DNA of 44,487 bases from an uncultured archaeon (GTDB lineage Archaea > Thermoplasmatota > Penumbrarchaeia > JASLWR01): contig CAYFHS010000036.1 in NCBI GenBank assembly GCA_964342815.1, forward strand, positions 1 to 44,487, given 5' to 3'. The position numbers and the translations under genes are program-made. How positions within the stretch are numbered: the first letter of the stretch is position 1; the number at the start of each line of letters is the position of its first letter. The notes below the pieces were generated by a model that saw only the letters and a program-made list of their open reading frames with translations, was not told where the DNA came from and searched no databases. Positions 38,372-44,487 of the stretch are shown here, in pieces.

Positions 38372-39619
38372 TCATTTCAATGTTCCGCCGTTAATCATAC
38401 TCGTTACTGCTTTTGTCACGGGATCGGCGCCGTATCTTTTCCTGTATGAGGTAGCAATGTTCAGCGTCTGGTACTGGGTCCATATCTCCACCTCTTCCCG
38501 GATCCCCCTGAGCTGCTTTTCCCTGCTTTCCGGAGCTTCCCAATGAACGTCGCTGTATTCAACAAGAGTGCATTTGAAATCGACCTGGTGGTTCACGAGC
38601 TGCTCTTCAGCGAAGTGCAGATGCTCCATTATTACCTTGGTGGCAATATCCGCATGGTTTATGAGATTGCACGCGAAGAACAGGGGCATTCTTTTCTTGT
38701 AGAACCATTTCAAAAGTTCCAGTTTTTCGAGGACTTTTCTGTCCTTCAAAGCCGGCCCCGATACAGGGTTCCGTTCTTCAGGTGTATTGTCCCCCGAGAG
38801 AACGCCTTCGAAGGAAATCCTCATGGGGAGGCGGCCCATGTCCTGCAGTATAATGGAAGAAACCTCCGAATCCATTCCGGACCGACCGGGAATCCTATGT
38901 TCTACCAGCCACCTTTTCCCGTCCATCACTACGTTCTCCACGGTGTTTATCTTCAGTGATTTTATACCTTTGACGAAATCTTTCAGGTCCGAGGAGCTAT
39001 TCCCCGAATTATCTCCCCCTTTCCTCATCTCTTCCAAAGCTCCGATCAATTTCTCCATTCCCCCGATCACCTTCCCGATCTCCAGCTCGAAATCCGAAAG
39101 GGGAGTGCTGCACCCACCATCATTGCAAACCGCTTCCACCCGTTCCATGAGGTTCCAGATATATTTTCCGAAAGGACTTATACTTGTACCATCCATACCC
39201 GCCAGCAGAGTGTCCAGTTTGTTCACATCGTATTCTGACACGATTCCGGGGCCGGAGCCGTGGTCCGGGCATTCCGTTCTCACCAAACTTATCCATTTCC
39301 CGCACTGACTGCAGAACGCCTCTGGCAGGATATCTCCGGTCAATCCTTCCTTGGAGAATACCTCGTGAAATTCGTCTGCGATCTCGCCCCATGCCATATC
39401 GGAATTCAAATTATTGAGATTCATTTTGCCGATCCACTCTTCCTTTTCCTCTTTTTTCAATATCTCGTCCAATTTACTCAAACTGTCTTTCAGCGACACC
39501 TCGCAATCGTCTATCCTTTCATTTGCAAGGGTAACTTCTTCTACTGCCCTCCTGGCATCTTCCGTGGCTGCCGAAGATGAACTGCCGCTTTCCTCTTCAG
39601 GGAATCCTAACCATATCAT
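38372..39619 (-). CDS. Phage-tail-like protein (tube-initiator/DNA-circularisation-N-like C-terminal domain) with zinc-ribbon N-terminal extension
   Basis: LVEHRIPGRSG...LQDMGRLPMRISFEG...FKCTLVEY pattern; CSQC...CPDH; ATGA overlap with the upstream gene. Confidence 0.65.
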   Translation of the reverse strand: MIWLGFPEEESGSSSSAATEDARRAVEEVTLANERIDDCEVSLKDSLSKLDEILKKEEKEEWIGKMNLNNLNSDMAWGEIADEFHEVFSKEGLTGDILPEAFCSQCGKWISLVRTECPDHGSGPGIVSEYDVNKLDTLLAGMDGTSISPFGKYIWNLMERVEAVCNDGGCSTPLSDFELEIGKVIGGMEKLIGALEEMRKGGDNSGNSSSDLKDFVKGIKSLKINTVENVVMDGKRWLVEHRIPGRSGMDSEVSSIILQDMGRLPMRISFEGVLSGDNTPEERNPVSGPALKDRKVLEKLELLKWFYKKRMPLFFACNLINHADIATKVIMEHLHFAEEQLVNHQVDFKCTLVEYSDVHWEAPESREKQLRGIREEVEIWTQYQTLNIATSYRKRYGADPVTKAVTSMINGGTLK

Positions 39620-42600
39620 CGGAACACCAACCCATGTCTCTTAGCTTCCTCTTCAATCATAACTTCGATTATCTCATACAAGCCTTTTTTCTCAATCTCT
39701 TCCGTAATTTCTCTTTTATCCGCTCTACTTTTTTGATCCTCTCCCCTCGATTTTATTTTCTCATTCTTTGATCCTTTCATTGTTAGATCCAGTAATTTCA
39801 ATTCTCTTAATCGCTCTAGTGACTTTAAAAGAGTAATATCGGACCCTTCTCGAGGAAGGTCAGGGCCCAAGGATGTTACTCCAGGGGGAGAGCTCATATT
39901 CTCATGATCCTGTTGAGTCCTTTCCTCAGGAGATAATCCCTGGGAGGGGCCGGGCGGGACTTCCGCTAAAGTTGTAAGGGAAAACTTTTTTTGGGGTACT
40001 GATTGCCATTGTGTGACTCCTTTATCAACGGCAGAATTGAAATTTACATCCCTGAAATATATATTCGCCGCCTGCTCTCTTATTTTTTGTACTGCAGGCG
40101 TCACTATATCCATGGCTTTCTCTATATCATAAGGCTCGCTCGTAAAATGTTCTTTCTCAATACTGTTCTCTATCACCGATTTAAGTTTTCCCTGATCTAT
40201 TGAAAAGAAATTCAATATTTCCATGGTTCTCAAGGGTTCAAGAAGCTTCTCATCGAGTTTTGGGTAATTTATAATGCCTGAATTTTTTTCAGCGGGGGGT
40301 ACAAATGGCAAGCTGGTTTTAGTAGTCCTTTTTTCTGCGAATATCAAAGGCGGAATTCTTCCATTTGTTTTTTTTAGTTCTGTAACATGATCTAATGAGT
40401 GCTGTGTGGATTCAGGCAGCTGGCTCTCGAGCGCGGGTATTTTTCCACGTCCCTCAATATTCAGTATTTCCAGGTTTCCCGATTCAATTTTTATGACCGC
40501 AGCCTCCACTTCGCGATTGTCTGTTGAAGATGACATGTCCTTTCCCACTATTTTCGCTTTTGGCGGTTCAACGTGCTTTTTCGCTGTTGTGGTGGATGAA
40601 ACAATCTTCCTATGGTCGTTGAGGTCAATGAAGCCCGTGAGAAATGGATTATCGTTATCAGGAACAGACGGTGTTTGGTGCAGAGGGGAAATGGATGAAT
40701 ACTTATCCTTTACTCCCTCCGGAATTATCGGTTTAATTTGTACTTTACTATCATCCGGAAGGTCACTTATGATACTTTCCTTATTCAGTTTCCGTCTCGG
40801 AATATTTCCAGGTGATATTTTTTCAATGGATCCGGGCGGGACCGGGGAAATCTTCGAGTCCGTTTTTTCAGCATTTGTACGGCCGCCCTTTCGATGATCT
40901 ACGCGGGGTAATTTTCGGGATAATGCATCGGATGGGGTTGTTCCGTCATATGTAGTTGAGGTAAGGTTTCCAGGAGTCTCTGCTCTTGAGGGTACTTTTG
41001 AAGCTACCATTTCTCCATTATTAATTGCTGTGTTTTGAGTAAAATCCTCCAAGTTCTCACGAAAGGAAATTTGTTCATCCGTTATATTGTTGATGATATC
41101 GTTCTTCGTCCTCAATCCAAGTCCGAAAGTACCGCTGGCAGCATCCGATAACATGGAAAGAGCCGTGCTAGGGACCCAAGGAGTTTCCGGGGATTCACGT
41201 TGGGCAGTCCTGTGGGTTTTTATAGATCGCCCCTTTGTAGAAGAGTTTCGAATTCTATCAATGTTGGACTTGTGTTTTTTCGGTTCGAAACCGGGCTCAC
41301 CCTGGTAGCTTATTATTTGCTTTGTCGCGCCTGTACTTTTCAATCCATTTTCTGTTATATCTTTGGGACACAGCGAAGCCAGTGTGATGGGGGGTTCCCT
41401 GCTAATGGGTCGTTGAGATTTAATTGTAGTCGGCATCTCCGTTTCATCATGTATCCCTTCCTTTTTTCCGGATATGGGCTTCAACGGCGCACTTCGAATA
41501 TTTTCAACTCCACTGTCATCTAGCGGAATATGCTCCGTTGAAGGCATGAACTGTTTTTCTTTTACAACTTTCAGGGTGCTTTCATCCGAAGGAAATTCCA
41601 GTTTTTCGCTTCCCGCTGGTGTTTTTCTTTCCTGAATACGGGCCAAACCGTTCATTTCTGTTATGGTGCCACTTTCATGAGCGGGGGATATAATATCGTT
41701 ACTTGGCGGTTCCGTGGCAAACTCTGGTTTTATTCTTGGTGGTTTTATTTCCATTGGCGGGACAACAGTGCTGTGGATCATTGTCACAGCCGCGGCTCCA
41801 CCCATCATGGATACGGCGCTCTTTGGTATTGACGCATAACGAGGTTCCGATCCAGGGGACAAACTTGTTTCAATCCGTTCTTCACTTATTTCTCTGTCTT
41901 TTTCAAGATTTATTCCCCCATCACTATACTGCACGGTTTCTTTTTCCGGTCCCTTAAAACCCGTTTGTAATGAGCCCGCCAAAAGTCCCAAAGCACCAGC
42001 CTTGCTTTGAGCGAATTTATTTTTTCCAGCTGTTTCATGTTCCATTTTCAAGGTTGATTCGGTGTGAGTTCCACTCAATTTCTTCGTTGTTTTTGCAGTC
42101 TCTTTATACCGCGTATTCGCTTCTCCATTATGTTTGTGAAATTCGTTCCCGTCCATTACTAACGGAGTATTACCATCGGCGTTTTCGGGGACATGCGGTT
42201 GAAGTTGCTCCAATTTTGTTCCGGGATATTGATCGTAATCCTTAGTGGTTATCAAGGTTTCAGGCAGCCCCTGGTCTCCAGGGACCGGGGAAAACAGAGG
42301 CGATTCGCTGTGTTCTTTTACTTTCTGTCGCAGCACGTCGAATGACGCGCTAAAAAGACCTTTTTCGTTCTGCAGTCCTCCCGATACCCTGCTTTCTGTC
42401 TCAGTGGAATTTTTCTCCGTATCGAGAGAAGGGGCAGGTGGTCGAATCCCGGCCCTTTTCACCATAATTTCCTCGTTCTTTCTCATAATGTCGAAGATAT
42501 TATCATATTCCTGCCAAACACCCTGGATCCTGCTGTGAATATCTTGGATCATAAAATTTAATTTTTCCAACTCCAGGCTCTCTAACCTGACTGCCGAGAA

Positions 42601-42771
42601 CGCTTCTTCCATTGCCGCCAGATCGACTTTCAGTCCGTTCTGTCCATTGTTCAGTCGCTGAATGGCTTTCAGCTCGTTATTGTTAAGAATATCCGAATTG
42701 TACAAATGATCACGAGTGATATCAACAAGGCCGTCAGCCTCCATTAACGGACGTTTAAGAAGTGACATCAT
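39616..42771 (-). CDS. Large low-complexity protein ending in an EEAKRHG motif, typical (from recall) of injection-system loci
   Basis: 1051 aa, N-terminal coiled coil, S/T/P/E/K-rich body, C-terminus IIEVMIEEEAKRHGLVFR. Confidence 0.7.
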   Translation of the reverse strand: MMSLLKRPLMEADGLVDITRDHLYNSDILNNNELKAIQRLNNGQNGLKVDLAAMEEAFSAVRLESLELEKLNFMIQDIHSRIQGVWQEYDNIFDIMRKNEEIMVKRAGIRPPAPSLDTEKNSTETESRVSGGLQNEKGLFSASFDVLRQKVKEHSESPLFSPVPGDQGLPETLITTKDYDQYPGTKLEQLQPHVPENADGNTPLVMDGNEFHKHNGEANTRYKETAKTTKKLSGTHTESTLKMEHETAGKNKFAQSKAGALGLLAGSLQTGFKGPEKETVQYSDGGINLEKDREISEERIETSLSPGSEPRYASIPKSAVSMMGGAAAVTMIHSTVVPPMEIKPPRIKPEFATEPPSNDIISPAHESGTITEMNGLARIQERKTPAGSEKLEFPSDESTLKVVKEKQFMPSTEHIPLDDSGVENIRSAPLKPISGKKEGIHDETEMPTTIKSQRPISREPPITLASLCPKDITENGLKSTGATKQIISYQGEPGFEPKKHKSNIDRIRNSSTKGRSIKTHRTAQRESPETPWVPSTALSMLSDAASGTFGLGLRTKNDIINNITDEQISFRENLEDFTQNTAINNGEMVASKVPSRAETPGNLTSTTYDGTTPSDALSRKLPRVDHRKGGRTNAEKTDSKISPVPPGSIEKISPGNIPRRKLNKESIISDLPDDSKVQIKPIIPEGVKDKYSSISPLHQTPSVPDNDNPFLTGFIDLNDHRKIVSSTTTAKKHVEPPKAKIVGKDMSSSTDNREVEAAVIKIESGNLEILNIEGRGKIPALESQLPESTQHSLDHVTELKKTNGRIPPLIFAEKRTTKTSLPFVPPAEKNSGIINYPKLDEKLLEPLRTMEILNFFSIDQGKLKSVIENSIEKEHFTSEPYDIEKAMDIVTPAVQKIREQAANIYFRDVNFNSAVDKGVTQWQSVPQKKFSLTTLAEVPPGPSQGLSPEERTQQDHENMSSPPGVTSLGPDLPREGSDITLLKSLERLRELKLLDLTMKGSKNEKIKSRGEDQKSRADKREITEEIEKKGLYEIIEVMIEEEAKRHGLVFR

Positions 42772-43207
42772 TAACCGACTCGAATTGTGACATTATGGGT
42801 AGTAATATACCATATATATAAAACTCGCCCGCTTCTTGGAAAACTATTGTATAAATTGAAAAAGGACCATTCAAAAAAATATAGGTTCGGAGGAAATTCG
42901 TTTTCCCTTATAGATTCTGTGTACAAAGAAAATTTGAAACGAGAGTCATGGTATGCCAAGCCGAAGAAACCGATGATTATTACAATATGGGTTCAATACA
43001 CCCAGCTGCGGATGGGACCATATTGTAATGAATGAAGAACCGTCTTGAAAATTGCCGTAATACCCTGCAGCTTGCTGCGAAGTGAGCAGAGCGAACGATG
43101 GGATCGGCAATTTTAGGTTCTTCAAATTTATTCAGAATTTTCTCATATACTGGAAACCGTCTCAAAACCAATGGATATGACAAACTGGTGACACCATTGA
43201 ATCGGTT

Positions 43208-43609
43208 CTACTCTTCTCTAACCCTGATTGCCGACCAGGTATACGTTGTCACCGCATATCCGTGAGCGTCCAGGGAGAATTCTCTGTCGTCCACGTGTAC
43301 TTCGTCGAATGTCATCTTCTTCAATGTGCTCTCGACGCTGGGCATGAAAGCATCCAGAGGCATGGCTACTACAATTTGGAATGTAGTGTCCGCCTCCATA
43401 TGTTCATTTAATAATTTGCTGTTTGAGTGCACCATTATTTGTCCACGGACGTGCAATTTCCCGTACGAATACCCAAAGGTCTCGTGGGATCCGATGGCGG
43501 GGATCTCCTTTTTGTCTTTATAAACCTTGAAAGTGAATCCCTTTATTCCGGGTATAGGTTGTCCGTCGAATAATATCTCTACTTTGTTTGCTGTTACGAT
43601 CTCTGCCAT
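43208..43609 (-). CDS. Putative phage tail tube protein (XkdM-like)
   Basis: 133 aa from ATG 43609 (AAGGTG RBS); beta-rich pattern ILFDG..I.G...EIPAIG...G...V.G.I...TFDEV...F...Y.W.A.RVREE. Confidence 0.7.
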   Translation of the reverse strand: MAEIVTANKVEILFDGQPIPGIKGFTFKVYKDKKEIPAIGSHETFGYSYGKLHVRGQIMVHSNSKLLNEHMEADTTFQIVVAMPLDAFMPSVESTLKKMTFDEVHVDDREFSLDAHGYAVTTYTWSAIRVREE

Positions 43610-43886
43610 AAACACACCTTTTTCTTTTGATACAGCTTGGGGTTCCTGCTCCGCCCCTGAGATAAATGTAATAACACATAACTTATATATATAAATTTTC
43701 ATGAACAGTGGAAAACTACATATATTACCTTTACTGAATAATCGAAAATTTTTCTTGAGAGTTTATTGCTTCTACATATTATTCGAAAATTGTAATACCT
43801 ATCACCTTGAAAGAATTACAGATAAAACCATTTATATCCAGTTCCCCGTTATTGATACTATAAGTTAATAAGCGTGAGATGTGATA

Positions 43887-44171
43887 ATGAAAACACGAAC
43901 AATGGTAATTGTTCTAAGTTTGATTGGACTTTTTCTGCTTTTCGGGTACACTGCTGCCTACGTCATACCTGATAATGAGCTGGGCATAGGATGTGGAATT
44001 CGAGGGTCCTGTAGTGTAAAGCAAGTGAGCGGTGCTTCCACATATTGCGGTGCTAATGGCGGAAATGCTGAAAACTGCGATAATTACGATAATGGTTGCG
44101 GAGAATACGAAAACGAGTGCCCGAATTCCGAGGAATGTCCTGAAAACAGTGAGAACTGTACCGAATTTTAA
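43887..44171 (+). CDS. Small secreted or anchored Cys-rich acidic protein
   Basis: MKTR plus hydrophobic helix; 8 Cys in the mature part with E/N-rich xxC repeats. Confidence 0.6.
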   Translation: MKTRTMVIVLSLIGLFLLFGYTAAYVIPDNELGIGCGIRGSCSVKQVSGASTYCGANGGNAENCDNYDNGCGEYENECPNSEECPENSENCTEF

Positions 44172-44310
44172 GAAAATTTAACAAAAATATATTTTCCCAG
44201 AGTGCAGCTGCGTTGTATTGCTGTTCAGTCAGTTGATCACAAAGGGGCAATGAACATTGTGCACTTCCGCGGAAACAAAACGAACTTTCGGATAATTAGC
44301 AGTGGAGTTT

Positions 44311-44487
44311 ATACGTAAAGACTGGAACAAAGTGACAGCCTTCTTGGTAAAGGTGTCCCGTACCGGGCCCTATTACTTGTTCAGCCAAGCCCATAGGTCT
44401 TGGCTTCTCAAGTAAGATGAGCCGGAATGGGTCGGCTTTACACGTAAAGTCAGGAACATTTGGACTGACTTATTGGTAAAGTTGAAC
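44311..44487 (-). repeat. Palindromic dispersed repeat with a degenerate 129-bp tandem unit
   Basis: ACGTAAAG..GGAACA..GAC..CTT.TTGGTAAAG occurs at about 44313 and 44442; hairpin TTACTTG..AGCCAAG/CTTGGCT..CAAGTAA at 44373-44415. Confidence 0.8.

Noticed and set aside
42980-43183. Possible tail-assembly chaperone remnant (EPK-containing 67-aa ORF after the tube gene)
   Set aside because: TTG start without RBS and only a three-residue resemblance; cannot be supported without a profile search.
38372-43609. Intact prophage
   Set aside because: No capsid, terminase, portal, integrase or replication genes in the window.
144-44250. The many short antisense or overlapping ORFs in the six-frame track
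   Set aside because: They lie opposite or inside well-supported genes and show no motifs or RBS.
44311-44487. CRISPR array
   Set aside because: Only two degenerate units with 129-bp period, no constant repeat/unique spacer pattern, no cas genes.

Overview
Archaeal chromosomal segment. Evidence: proteasome-activating nucleotidase, archaeal Lhr helicase and GGTGA/AGGAG ribosome-binding sites. An anaerobic Thermoplasmata-type host is my inference, not a database result. Left to right: (i) surface/membrane proteins, a Nudix hydrolase, pan and lhr; (ii) a two-component signalling cluster interrupted by a 6-kb toxin-antitoxin-rich island (AbiEi/AbiEii, MenAT1-like pair, Fic, AAA/DUF4143, Fic remnant); (iii) a frameshifted receiver-longin-like gene and a disrupted VWA-SWIM-wHTH gene; (iv) a tight four-gene operon encoding a highly divergent RtcB-fold protein, a circularly permuted ATP-grasp ligase, an M14-type deacylase and an HD phosphohydrolase (best candidate for an undescribed system); (v) an hcp/hemerythrin/NifU/ferredoxin/HxlR nitrosative-stress cluster with an internal ~0.94-kb duplication; (vi) a very large FG-GAP/transglutaminase-like surface protein next to phage-tail/contractile-injection-like genes lacking sheath or baseplate in the window. 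Both window ends lie in inverted copies of a palindrome-rich dispersed repeat. No rRNA, tRNA, CRISPR array or transposase was seen. All family assignments are by motif recognition only; no searches were run.
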